NCBI GenBank assembly: GCA_963756755.1
Contig: CAVWOW010000019.1
Location: 23,916-87,915 of the forward strand
Source of the DNA: an uncultured Gammaproteobacteria bacterium
GTDB lineage: Bacteria; Pseudomonadota; Gammaproteobacteria; Steroidobacterales; Steroidobacteraceae
Reading direction: 5' to 3'
DNA: 64,000 bases
Shown here piece after piece: positions 19,339-30,805 of this stretch. Each line of letters starts with the position of its first letter. Position 1 is the first letter of the stretch. The notes under the pieces are model-generated. The model saw nothing but the letters and a program-made list of their open reading frames with translations. It had not been told where the DNA came from and did not search any database. A program made the position numbers and the translations under genes.

Positions 19339-22300
19339 TCACTGCGACGTCGCGAGGGCGTTCAGCACACTGACGAGTCGTTCCGCGTCGACTGGTTTTG
19401 ACTCGTAGGCGTTGAATCCGGCGGAAAACGCTTGCTGCCGATCGTCGTCCCGGGCGAAGGCGGTCAGCGCCAGCGCCGGCACAGGCGTCATCCCGCTCTT
19501 ACGTTCGATGGCGCGAATTTTCCTGATCAGCGCGTAACCGTCTTCGTCCTGCATGGCAATGTCGCTGACGACTACATCGGGCCGCCTGACGCTGAAGGCG
19601 TCGACCGCTGCGGCGGCAGAGTCGACCGCCGTCACTTCCGCGCCCGCGATGCGCAGCAGCGCTTCGATCGAGTTCCGGGTTGTTTCCTCGTCTTCGACTA
19701 CCAGGACATGGCGTGTCGCAAGCTTTGCGTTCTGTGTGTCCCCTTCAACGGGATCCGTCGCCACCAGGCCCGGCTGCACGGACAGGGGCAAGCGAGCTAC
19801 GAATGTGGATCCCTTGCCCTCACCCGGACTGCTGCAGGTCAAACTGCCGCCGTGCAACTCCACGAGTTGCCGAGCGATCGCGAGCCCGAGACCGAGTCCA
19901 CCGTACTGACGGGTCGTGCCGGCATCGCCCTGCCGAAATCGATCGAAGATTCGCGGAAGGGCTTCGGCGGAAATCCCTATGCCCGTATCGACCACGCTCA
20001 AGATGACGTCCTTGCCCTCGCGCTTCAGCGATACCGTGACGGAGCCACTGGACGGCGTGAACTTTACGGCATTGCTGAGCAGGTTCCAGACGATCTGTTG
20101 AATCCGATCGGGATCGGCATTGACGACGCCGATATTGCGGGCGATAGCGCGGGAAATGCGAACCCCTCGCGCGGCGGCGGCTGGCTGCACGGCCTCGATC
20201 GCCGCCTGCACCGTGCCCCTCAGCTGTGTCGGTCGCAACGATAGACGCAACTTGCCGCTGGTCATGCGCGACACGTCGAGCAGGTCGTCGATCAGGCGCT
20301 GTTGCGTACGGGCGGACCGCTCGAGAATATCGAGGCCCTCCTGTCGCAGGTGCTCGGGCACCTTTCCGGCCCGGAACATCTGCGCCCACATCAGCATGGA
20401 CGAGAGTGGAGTGCGCAGCTCGTGGCTGACGGTGGCAATGAAATCGTCCTTCGCCCGATTCGCGTTCTCCGCGACCTGCCGGGTCGATTCCGCTGTCGCT
20501 TGCGCCTTCTGAAGTGACCGCTCCATCATCATACGCTGGGTCGTATCGCGCAGAATCATGAGGAAGCCGCGGGGCGTTCCGTCTTCGGCCTGTAGCGCGG
20601 TCATGACGCCGCTGCCCCAGAATTGGCTGCCGTCGCGCTTCTGAAACCACCGATCGGTCGTGGTCACCTTGTCGCGAAACGCCGTCCTGGTCTCGGATTC
20701 AGGATGACCGGCAGCTCGGTCCGCTGGGGTAAAAATCAGCGACCAGTGTTGCGTTGCGGGTCTCGCGTTCAGCGAATCCGAACAGCAGTTCGGCGCCCTT
20801 GTTCCACGTCAATACTCCGCCATCCGGGTCGACCATGAGAATCGCGTAGTCACGGGCACCTTCGACCAGGAGCCGAAAACGCTGCTCGCTTTCCCGGAGT
20901 GCGGCCTCCCACTCCTTTCGTGCGGAGATATCGGAGAACGTGGCAACCGCCGCAACGATCTGGTCGTTGGAGTCCCGAACCGGCGCTGAATTGACCGCGA
21001 CGATGCCTGTAGAACCGTCCGGGCGCACGAAACGGACTTCCTCGTCGGCAACGAGCTCGCCGGTCCGCAGCGAACGGGCGAGCGGTCGCTCGAGCGGGCT
21101 GTACTGCCGGCGGTCCACATTGAACCCCTTGAATGCCGGCAAACGTGCGGACCAGGCGGCTTGCGAATTTTCCGCGTAGGACGGATCGCCGAAAAGAGTG
21201 ACGGCCTCGCGGTTGGCCAGGATCAGCTGGCCGGATGCCGCATCTGTAATGAGTACGGCAGCCGGCATCTGCTCGATGACGGCGCTCAAGCGTCGTTGCG
21301 CACCCAGGACCGCCTGCTCACCGTGTCTCAGCTCGGTGATGTCGAAGAACGTGACAACGACGCCAGCAATCCGGTTGTCCGAGGTGCGATAGGGCAGCAC
21401 ACGACGCATATAGGATCGCTCGCTGGTCTGGACTTCGGTTTCCAGGGGCACCAACTTTTCGAGGACGGCGCGCGTATCGGCCAACAGGTCGCCACCGACG
21501 AACTTCTGCGCGAGGTCATTGATCGGCCGGCCGATGTCGCTCGGTATGAGGTCGAAGAAGTCCCGTACGGCCGGCGTGAAGCGACGAACGCGCAGTTCCG
21601 TGTCCAGGAACACGACGGCGATATCCGTACTGCTCAGAAAATTGGTCAGGTCGTTCGTGGTGGATTCGAGCTCTTCGATCTTGGCCTGGAGCTGCGAATT
21701 GACCGTTGTCAGCTCCTCATTCAGCGACTGCAGCTCCTCCTTGCTCGTCTCGAGCTCCTCATTCGTGCTCTGGAGCTCCTCGTTGACGGACGTGACTTCC
21801 TCGTTTGAGGCCTTCAGCTCCTCGTTGCTCGATTCGAGCTCCTCGATCGTGCTCTGCAGCTCCGCACGCATCGTGTGGAGCTCGGACTCGAGCTCGTTCC
21901 TGGAGTCCGACTCGGCGCTCGCGGCCGCGGCTGCGACGTCCAGCTCGCGCATCGGCGCGGTGACCGCTGACTCGGCGTCCTCCGAGAAACTCACCACGAA
22001 GTGGTCGTGATAGTGAAAATCCCGCAGCGGCGAAACGGTTATGCGGATTCGCCTCATGCCCTGGTCGAGCAGCCTGTCGACGACGGTCACCGTCCTGTTC
22101 TCCGATACTGCCTGGCGCACCGCGCTTCGCGCTGCGCCGCGCATCGAATCGCGGATGAGTTCCCACAAGTTTCGAGTCGGCTCGCCGGGCGGGTGAACAA
22201 TGTAGGGATTTGTGTCGCCATGAAAGTACACGACGCGGTATTGACGATCGATGACGATCGAGGGCGGCCCGTAGCGCTCGGTGAGCGCACGCTGGATCGT

Positions 22301-23911
22301 GAGGCCAAGCGATGGTCGCGATTCGTGGCGCGGAGCAGCAGGGGAGACGCCAAGCGGAAGATCGACCGCGAGCCTCGCTCGGCCCGCGCCGACTCGCCGA
22401 TAAATCCGCCATTTCTTGTTGACGGGCGTGAAGAGGTCATCGGCCCCGGGCGTCTCGGAGTTGCCGAGAAACAGCGTGCCGCCTTCGCGCAGGGCAAAGT
22501 GGGCCAGTGCGATCACGCGTCGCTGCGTTTCGGGTTCCAGGTAGATCAGGAGGTTCCGGCAAGTCACGAGATCGAGGCGTGAGAATGGTGGATCGGTCAG
22601 CAGGTTCTGCGGTGCGAAGACCACCATCTCCCTTATTTCCCGCCTGATCTTCAGGGAGTGCACATCCTTCTCGAAGAAGCGGTCGATACGCTCCTGGTCG
22701 ATGTCCCCCTCGATGCCGGCTGGATAGATCCCCGCACGCGCATGTTGCAGCGCCCTCTCCGCCGTGTCCGTTGCGAATACCTTGATGTCGAGGTCCTTGC
22801 GAGCTTCCGCTGCTTCCTCGGCGAGCACGATTGCCAGGGTGTATGCCTCCTCGCCGCTCGAGCAGCCCGCCACCCAGGCGCGCACCGCGTCACGATGGGT
22901 CCTTGACGCAAACAAGGGCCGTATCACCTGCAGGCGCAAGGCATCCCATGCCTCGTCGTCGCGGAAGAAACCGGTCACGTTGATCGTCAAGTCGTTGGCG
23001 AGCGCTACGACCTCCTCTGCCGTCCGTCGCAGGAATGCCGAGTATTCCGACAGCCGGGTGACGTGGGCGAGGCCCATACGGCGCTCGATACGCCGCAGCA
23101 GCGTCGGGCGCTTGTAGCCACGGAAGTCGCGCTGGGTCTGCGTGCGCAGGATGGCGAGGATCTCGTTGAAATGAGGTCGATCGTGCTGCAGGCGAGACTG
23201 GATGTCGGCGAGTTGCTGAGGGGTACTTTCAACGTAAGGGTGCTCTGCGAGCTTGATCAGCATGTCGGGGATGTGGCGAACGGCAAGGACCTGGTCGGCG
23301 TAGCCGGCGTCAATCAGGCTGCGCGGCATGCTGTCGTAGGCCGCGCTCGCGGGGTCCTGGGCAATGCAGATTCCGCCAGCGGCCTTGATGGCTTGCGCCC
23401 CTGCGGCGCCGTTGGAGCCCATGCCGGACAGAATGACGATGATCGCCTTTTCCTTCTGTTCGGCCGCCAGGGACCGGAAGAAATCGTCCACCGGACGTCG
23501 ATGTCCGCGCTCCTCGACGGACCTGCCCAATCGGAGGCGACCCTTCTCGATCGTGAGGGTATTTCCAGGCCGAATCACATACACGTGATTCGGCTGCACC
23601 TCTGTGCCGTCTTCCACCTCCATGACGGGCATCGCCGTGTGCTTGGCGAGAATGTTGGCCAGCAGGCTCTCGCCGGTCGGCGGCAGGTGCTGAACCACGA
23701 CAAAGGCCATGCCGCTGTCTGGCGGCATCCTGTCGAACAACTCGGTGAAAGCCTCAAGCCCGCCGGCCGACGCTCCGATTCCCACCACCGGGAAGTCGAG
23801 TACGGGCCGATGCTCAAAGCCGACGGGAGCGACGGCCTCGTCCGCCGGGTCTACGGCAGCGAGCGGCAGTTCGGCGCCGTCGGCGTCATTGCGCGGGGGT
23901 TCGTTGCTCAT
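19339..23911 (-). pseudogene. CheB methylesterase / CheR methyltransferase / coiled coil / PAS x3 / histidine kinase / receiver fusion (~1520 aa), one frame break near 20740
   Basis: ORF 20699..23911 carries VVGIGASAGGLEAF (CheB) and TGFFRDDEAW...VAGCSSGEEAYTLAIVL (CheR), plus a heptad coil and PAS domains. It ends ...NATLV. Skipping one base continues LIFTPADRAAGHPESETRTAFRDKVTTTDRWFQKRDGSQFW into ORF 19339..20667. That ORF carries the H-box SHELRTPL, an HATPase domain and REC (VLVVEDEE...VVVSDIAM). Length 4573 nt = 3n+1. Confidence 0.85.
21663..21860 (-). repeat. About 21-nt periodic coding repeat (heptad coiled coil) inside the CheR-PAS linker
   Basis: Protein reads NEELKAS NEEVTSV NEELQST NEELETS KEELQSL NEELTTV NSQLQAK IEELEST. 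On the + strand this appears as recurring cagctcctc / gagctcctc units. Confidence 0.7.
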
Positions 23912-24231
23912 GGTGGATGGTTGGCTGCGTTGGCCCCGAGACGGCGTGACGCGCCCCTATCCGTCAGGACGCGAGCCAACTCGATCGTACACCTGCCTCC
24001 GCAGCCTTGCTGACCGGCTCGAGCGTCCGCCGCCGCATCTCGTCGTCGGACTATTCGGACAAACCACGCAGTGACGTCGGTTGAGTCCTACACTCATCGC
24101 ACTCCCGGACGCGAGTAGCGGACTTCTCCGACGAGCGATTCCGGCCACCGGATGACAGGGCACCCGGGCCTTTTGACCTAACTTTCGGCGTGAAAGGCGG
24201 TGTTCTTGAAAAGAACCTGACAACACAACCT

Positions 24232-24750
24232 ATGACGCGTCTTATCTTGCTGTTTTCTGTCCTGCTGGCAGCTGCCGCACCGGCTGCCGATCACGGAAGC
24301 ACCGATCGCGAGTTCTTCATCATGGCGGCCGCGAGTGGCATCGCTGGAGTCGACGCGGGTCGACTTGCGCAGTCCAAGGGCGCTTCCTTCGAGATCCGGA
24401 AGTTCGGCGCGATAATGGTCAGGAGCTACTCCAAGGCTAACGAAAAACTGAAGCGCCTTGCGGTACGGAAGAACGTCAGGTTGCCGACGGGGCCCGATGT
24501 CCGGCACGCAGCGATCCACAGCGCCCTCGAAGCGGCGTCGGCGCACGCCTTCGACGAAACGTATATTCAGGGTCAGATCGCTGCTCATGAGACGAGGGCG
24601 GCGCTCCTCCGGGAGGAAATCAGGTCGGGAAAGGACGCGGACGCGCGCGCGTTTGCAAAGGAGACGCTCCCGTCGGTCATGGCCGCTCTGAAAGAGTTGC
24701 GGCGTCTTTCCCGTCGCACGTCAACGACGCTGGCCCGCAGCGAGCCGTGA
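24232..24750 (+). CDS. DUF4142 domain secreted protein
   Basis: Start at MTRLILLFSVLLAAAAPAA (signal peptide). Two ferritin-like helical repeats (FIMAAASGIAGVDAGRLAQ...; FDETYIQGQIAAHETRAALL...). Confidence 0.75.
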   Translation: MTRLILLFSVLLAAAAPAADHGSTDREFFIMAAASGIAGVDAGRLAQSKGASFEIRKFGAIMVRSYSKANEKLKRLAVRKNVRLPTGPDVRHAAIHSALEAASAHAFDETYIQGQIAAHETRAALLREEIRSGKDADARAFAKETLPSVMAALKELRRLSRRTSTTLARSEP

Positions 24751-24795
24751 TCATCGTTGCTGGCCAAGCGTGACGCGGGACGCTAACTTGGCGTC

Positions 24796-27526
24796 ATGAA
24801 GCGCCCTCTAGACCGGTACGCCGCAAAGCGCTCCTTCAACAAGTCGCCGGAACCGGGTCCCAGGATCGCGTCCGCGCGTCGCGGCCCCCTGATGTTCGTC
24901 GTGCAGAAGCACTCGGCCCGGCGCCTGCACTACGACTTCCGGCTCGAGCTGGACGGGGTGCTGAAGTCCTGGGCGGTGCCCAAGGGACCCTCGCAGGATC
25001 CGGGTGACAAGCGCCTCGCGGTGGAGGTCGAAGATCATCCGTTCGACTACGCGTCGTTTGAAGGTGCCATACCGGAAAAGCAGTACGGCGCCGGTCAAGT
25101 GATCGTTTGGGACTGCGGGGTGTACTCCCCGGACGAGGACCAGGTCTATTCGTTCGACGATCGGGACGAAGCCGAGCGGCGTATGAGAGCCGAGCTGGCG
25201 AAGGGCAAGCTCAGCATCTTTCTGCGCGGGCAGAAGCTCAAGGGCTCATTCACCCTGGTCAAGACCTCGGGCGGCGACAAGCAATGGCTGCTCATCAAGC
25301 ACAAGGATCGATTCGTCGATGTCGGCGACGTGCTGGCACGGAGCGAGTCCGTGCTGTCCGGTCGGAAAGTGGAGGATGTGTCCCCGCGCGATGCGTCGGC
25401 ACAGATCGACGCGAGCCGGCTGGCGCCGACCGGGCCCGCCGAGTCGATGCCGAAGAAGCTCGCGCCGATGCTCGCCGAGGTCGGCGACGGCGCCCGCTCG
25501 GATCCCGCGTGGTTGTACGAGCCCAAGGTGGACGGCTATCGGGTGCTCGCACTGGTAGAAGACGGCTCGGTCAAGCTCGTCTCCCGCCGCGGGCTCGACA
25601 TGACCGTGCCGTTCCCGGAGATCACCGAGGACCTCGCCAACCAGGCGGTGGACACGATGATCGTCGATGGCGAGATCGTCGCGCTGACCGCGGAGGGGCG
25701 GCCGTCGTTCAATGCGCTGCAGAATCGGGCGCAGCTCAAGACCGCCAAGGAAATCGCCGCCGCTCGACGCGACTCGCCGGTTGCGATGATGTGCTTCGAC
25801 CTGCTGCATTTCGCCGGACTCAACCTGCGCGACCACGCCTATGTCGACCGGCGACGCTACCTGTCGCAGTGCCTGCTGCCCTCGGCCCACGCCCAGCTCG
25901 TTCATGTGTCGGATGATGCGGAAGCGTTGTATTCCGCGGCGATCGACAACGGTCTCGAGGGCATCGTCGCGAAACGCAAGGACAGCCCGTACCAGCCGGG
26001 TCGCAGGTCACCGGCCTGGCGCAAGATAAAGGCGGTCCAGTCGGCCGACTTCGTCGTCGGCGGCTATACCAGGGGCAAGGGCGCGCGTGAGCCCATCGGG
26101 GCGCTGCTGCTCGGGTATCGCGCCGGCAAGGAGCTTCGATACGTCGGGCACGTCGGCTCCGGGCTCACGGACGACATCATCGCGGAGCTGCGCAAGCGAT
26201 TTTCCGGCCTCGCGAGAAAGACCTCACCGTTTGCCGCGAAGCCGGATCTGCATCGCCCCACCACCTGGGTCGACCCGAAGCTCGTCGTGGAGGTGAAGTT
26301 CCAGGACCGGACACCCGACGGCATGCTGCGCGCCCCCGTGTTCCTGCGCCTGCGCGACGACCTCGACTCGAGCAGCGTCCGCGGGGTGCCACGAAAGCCG
26401 GCCCGCAGCTCGAGGAAGACGCCCACGCCCGCATCGGAAGTCGAGGCCGTGCTCGCGCAGCTCGAGGGCACCACGGAACCGCCTCGATCTCACGGTCGGC
26501 AACGCTCGCATTCCGTTGACCAACCTCGATCGCGAGTACTGGCCGGCCAGCAAGTCGGCAGGCGGCGCCGCCGTCACGAAGCGCGATCACCTGCGATACC
26601 TCGCAGCCGTATCGCCGTTCATGCTGCCGCATCTTCGTGATCGACCGCTGACGATGATCCGCATGCCGGAGGGTATCGGTGGTGAGCGGTTCTTCCAGAA
26701 ACACTGGAGCCAGGCGAAGCCCGATTTCGTCGAGACCGTGACCGTCTACTCGGAGCACAAGTCGGAGAAGCACGAGTACATCCTCGGCAACAACCTGGCG
26801 ACGCTGCTGTGGCTCGGCCAGGTCGGCACGCTCGAGTTTCACGTGTGGCATTCGCGGGCCAGCGTCGACGCCGACGCAGCCAGCCGGAAGACCGACTACT
26901 CGAGCTCGATCGATGCGCTCGAGTCCTCGGTGCTCAACTATCCCGACTTCCTGGTGTTCGACATCGACCCCTACATCTACTCCGGCAAGGAGGCGAAGGG
27001 AGCGGAGCCCGAGCTCAACAGAAAGGGGTTCTCCGGGGGGCGCAAAGTCGCGTTCTGGCTGCGCGCGCTGCTCGGCCAGATGTCGCTCGAACCCGTGGTG
27101 AAGACGTCCGGGAAGACGGGGCTGCACGTCTTCGTGCCCATCGAGCGCACCGTGACCTTCGACGAAGCCCGGCAGATCTGCGAGACCCTGGGGCGGCACC
27201 TCATGCGCGAGCACCCGAAGGAGATCACCATGGAATGGGCGGTGGTCAAGCGCACCGGGAAGATCTTCATCGACTACAACATGAACGTCCGGGGCAAGAC
27301 CCTCAATGTGGCGTATTCCCCACGGGGGGTGCCGGGGGCCCCGGTTTCGATGCCGCTCTCATGGGAGGAGCTCGAGGCCGCCGAGCCGATGCAGTTCACG
27401 ATGCGGAACGTGCTGGCCCGCCTGGAGAAGACCGGCGACCGCTGGCATGATATTTTAGAGATGAAACAGGGCCTTGCCCGTGCATTTGAAAGCGATGGGA
27501 AAGGCCGATCGTCGGGAAGAAAATGA
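24796..27526 (+). pseudogene. ligD: Multidomain NHEJ ligase LigD (phosphoesterase, ATP-dependent ligase, primase-polymerase), one frame break near 26470
   Basis: The PE domain reads FVVQKHSARRLHYDFRLELDGVLKSWAVPKGPS and ligase motif I is YEPKVDGYRV. After ...VLAQLEG the frame shifts by one base to NRLDLTVGNARIPLTNLDREYWP, and ORF 26516..27526 is the Pol domain (FFQKHW, FLVFDIDP, GKTGLHVFVPI). Length 2731 nt = 3n+1. Confidence 0.9.
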
Positions 27527-27551
27527 AAGCGCCCAGCTAAAGGAGACAGTC

Positions 27552-28425
27552 ATGGCCGCACGTTCCATCGGGTCGCTCACCATCTCGTTCGGGCTCGTTG
27601 CGATTCCGGTGAAGCTCTACTCGGCAACCCAGTCCGCGAACGCCATCTCGTTCAACCTGCTGCACAAGGGCTGCGGGTCGCGCCTGCGCCAGCAGTACGT
27701 CTGCCAGAAGGATGGGACCGTCGTCGAGCGCGACGATATGGTCAAGGGCTACGAATTCGCCAAGGACCAGTACGTCTCCTTCACGGCCGACGAGATCAAG
27801 GCGCTCGAGGAGGTCGGCACGCATGCGGTCGAGATCTCCGAGTTCGTCGCGATCGACGCCATCGACCCCGTCTATTTCGACAAGACCTACTACCTCGCGC
27901 CGGACAAGGGCGCGGCAAAGCCCTACGCGCTGCTGACCGAGGCGCTCAAGGAAACGAAGCGCTGCGCAGTCGCACGCTGGGCGACCCGCGGCAAGGCGTA
28001 CATCGTGGTCCTGCGGCCCGTGGGCGATGTGTTGACCATGCAGCAGCTTCATTTCGCGACTGACGTTCGCCCGGCCAGCGAGGTCGACATCGCCAAGCCG
28101 GACGTCAAGCCGCAGGAGCTCAAGCTCGCGAAGCAGATCGTCGAGCAGCAGGTCGGCGGAGGCGTTCGACCCGGCCGCGTATGTCGACGACGTCCGCACC
28201 CGGATCGAAGCCGCAATCCAGCGGAAGGTCGAAGGCGAGGAGATCTCCGTGTCGGAAGCGCGGCCGGAGAGCGGCGGCAAGGTCATCGACCTGATGGAGG
28301 CGCTGCGCGCCAGTCTCGAAAAGACCGCATCGGCGAAGGCATCGGCGTCGAAACTCGGGCCGCGCAAGGCTCCGAAGCGGGTCGAGGAGGCGACGAAACC
28401 GGCGCGCAAGGCGAACCGGCGATAG
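27552..28425 (+). pseudogene. ku: Ku protein (NHEJ DNA-end binding), one frame break near 28157
   Basis: AGGAGA RBS, then MAARSIGSLTISFGLVAIPVKLYSAT...YFDKTYYLAPDKG. After ...KQIVEQQVG, skipping one base gives EAFDPAAYVDDVRTRIEAAIQRKVEGEEI...KPARKANRR, stop at 28425. Length 874 nt = 3n+1. Confidence 0.9.
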
Positions 28426-28428
28426 GCA

Positions 28429-29300
28429 GTGTCCGATTCCACGAGCGAGGGACTGCACGTGCAGACCTTCAGCGCCCGGGAGGTCGAGCGGATCCTGCGG
28501 CTGCCCCGCAGCACGGTGCGCAGCCTGATCAAGGTGGGGTTCGTCAAGCCTCGGCGGGGTGCGCGAGCGCGCGTACAGCTTTTCGTTCCAGGATCTCATC
28601 GTCCTGCGCGCCGCCCGCGCACTGATCGACGCCAATGTCCCGCGTCGCCGGATCAGTCGATCGCTGCAGGACCTGCGGCGCCATCTTCCGGAGACGCTTC
28701 CGCTGTCGGGACTGAGCATCAGCGCGCTCGGCGATCGCGTCGTTGTCCGGGACGGCACGAACCAGTACCAGGCCGACAACGGCCAGTATGTGCTCGGCTT
28801 CGAAGTGCACGTCGAGAACGGCGTGCTGCACGTCGTCGAGCGCCGCGAAGAGCCGGTTCGCGTTCCCGATGCCGAATGCCCGGGACGACGGAAGCTGGTT
28901 CGATCGGGCGCTCGCCCTCGAAGGCGGCGACCCGGGCGCGGCTCGCGAGGCCTACGAGCACGCGGTGCGTGTCGATCCGGACAACTGCGCGGCGTGGATC
29001 AACTGGGGCCGATTGCTGCACGAGCAGGGCGAGCTCCGCGAGGCCGAACGCATCTACCGCAGCGCCGCGGCCCAGTGTGGACCGGAACCGGTGCTGATGT
29101 TCAATCTCGGTGTCCTGCTCGAGGACATGGGAAGAAACGACGCCGCGGTCGAGGCCTACCAGTCCGCGATCACCGAGGATCCGGCGCTCGCCGACGGCCA
29201 TTTCAACCTCGCGCGGCTGTATGAGTCCCTGGGGAAGCCGCAGCATGCGATCCGGCACCTGGGCCAGTACCGCCGCCTCCTCAGCAGCGACCCTCGTTGA
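28429..29300 (+). pseudogene. MerR-like HTH plus TPR-repeat protein, two frame breaks (about 28557 and 28850)
   Basis: Three ORF-track pieces (28429.., 28559.., 28743..) join as FSAREVERILRLPRSTVRSLIKVGFVKPRRG|VRERAYSFSFQDLIVLRAARALIDANVP...HVVERREEP...|PMPNARDDGSWFDRALALEGGDPGAAREAYEHAVRVDPDN...LARLYESLGKPQHAIRHL. Length 872 nt = 3n+2. Confidence 0.7.
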
Positions 29301-30068
29301 AGATCGCCACCTTCAACATCAACGGCATCAACGGCCGTCTGCAGCAGCTTCTGCAGTGGCTGTCCAGGGAAAGCCCCGATGTCGTCTGCCTGCAGGAGCT
29401 CAAGGCGCCGGATGCCGGTTTCCCTCTCGTCGCCATCCGAAGCGCGGGATACGGCGCCATCTGGCACGGCCAGGTCTCCTGGAACGGCGTGGCGATCCTG
29501 CAGAAGGGCGGAGAGCCCGTGGAGACGCGGCGCGGCCTGCCGGGCGACCCCAATGACCTTCACAGCCGCTACATCGAAGCGGAAATGCGACGGAATCATC
29601 GTCGGCTGTCTGTACCTGCCGAACGGCAATCCCCAGCCGGGCCCCAAGTTCGACTACAAGCTCGCGTGGTTCGAGCGCCTCAACGCGCATGCGAGGTCGC
29701 TGGCGCAGCTCGGCCAGCCGGTGATCCTGGCGGGCGACTACAACGTCGTTCCCACGGACTTCGACATCTACGACCCGAAGTCGTGGCGCAAGGACGCCTT
29801 GTTGCAGCCCGAGACCCGCGCCGCATACCAGAAACTGCTCGACCAGGGGTGGGTCGATGCGCTCCGTGCGCTCCATCCCGAGGAGCGGATCTACACATTC
29901 TGGGATTATTTCCGTAATCACTGGGGACGAAATGCGGGCCTGCGCATCGATCACCTGCTGCTCACCAAGGAGCTCGCGCCGCGACTCGTCGATGCGAACG
30001 TGGACCGGTGGGTCCGCGGTGAGCCCAAGCCGAGCGACCACGCGCCGACCTGGGTGGAGCTCCGGTAG
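29297..30068 (+). pseudogene. xthA: Exodeoxyribonuclease III (AP endonuclease), one frame break near 29585
   Basis: MKIATFNINGINGRLQQLLQWL...VVCLQELK...SRYIEAE|CDGIIVGCLYLPNGNPQPGPKFDYKLAWF...LAGDYNVVPT...RIDHLLL...SDHAPTWVEL. The start overlaps the upstream stop. Length 772 nt = 3n+1. Confidence 0.85.
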
Positions 30069-30071
30069 CGC

Positions 30072-30257
30072 CTACTTGAGCTTGCTCGTGAAACGGTAGA
30101 CGGCGATCAGGACGCCAAAGCCGATGTACATGCCAAGCAGCGCCACGAGCAGAAGCATCGCCAGTTGCGGGGTGACGTAGCCCAGGTACGACGCTGCCAC
30201 GATGGCGACGGCGACCACCACGAAGGTCACCGCGATGCCAACCACAGCCTTGATCAT
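30072..30257 (-). CDS. Small two-TM membrane protein, hypothetical
   Basis: 61-aa ORF made almost entirely of two hydrophobic helices. No family recognised. Confidence 0.45.
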   Translation of the reverse strand: MIKAVVGIAVTFVVVAVAIVAASYLGYVTPQLAMLLLVALLGMYIGFGVLIAVYRFTSKLK

Positions 30258-30303
30258 TTCCTGGCTACGGACACATCGGCGTACCGGCCAATGCTACCGT
30301 AGA

Positions 30304-30681
30304 TCAGGCCGCGGCGTTGCGCTCCGCCCCGAGGTCCGGTCCCTCGAGTTGGCGTACTTCGCACTCGATGTCCCACTCATCGCCGTGGACGAGCAGGAAT
30401 CGCTTCGTCAATTCGATCGCCTCTTTCTTCGATTTGGCCTCGAGGATCGCATAGCCACCGATCACTTCCCTGGCCTCGGTGAATGGGCCGTCGACCGTGC
30501 TCAGCTTTCCGCGTGAGATCCGTACCCGCACGCCTTCCGACGTGGGCCGAAGCCCAGCGGTGTCGATGAGTACGCCGGCCCGGGCCATCTCCTCGATCAG
30601 TTTGCCCATGTCGGCCATCAGCTGCTCGCTGGGTACTTTGCCTGCGTTCTCGGTGATCCTGACCATCGAAAGAAATCGCAT
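30304..30681 (-). CDS. YciI-family (DGPF) protein
   Basis: Contains VDGPFTEAREVIGGYAILEAKSKKEAIE, diagnostic of the YciI/DGPF fold. Confidence 0.8.
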   Translation of the reverse strand: MRFLSMVRITENAGKVPSEQLMADMGKLIEEMARAGVLIDTAGLRPTSEGVRVRISRGKLSTVDGPFTEAREVIGGYAILEAKSKKEAIELTKRFLLVHGDEWDIECEVRQLEGPDLGAERNAAA

Positions 30682-30805
30682 CGTCGTGTCTCCTGGTTAA
30701 GTGTCGGGGAACCGTGACCCGCCGGGCGGTGCCGGCGTTCTCAACGCTGTCCCTGCCTAACTGTCGAACGAGAGACGACGGGATCGACATTTGCGGCACC
30801 CGAAG

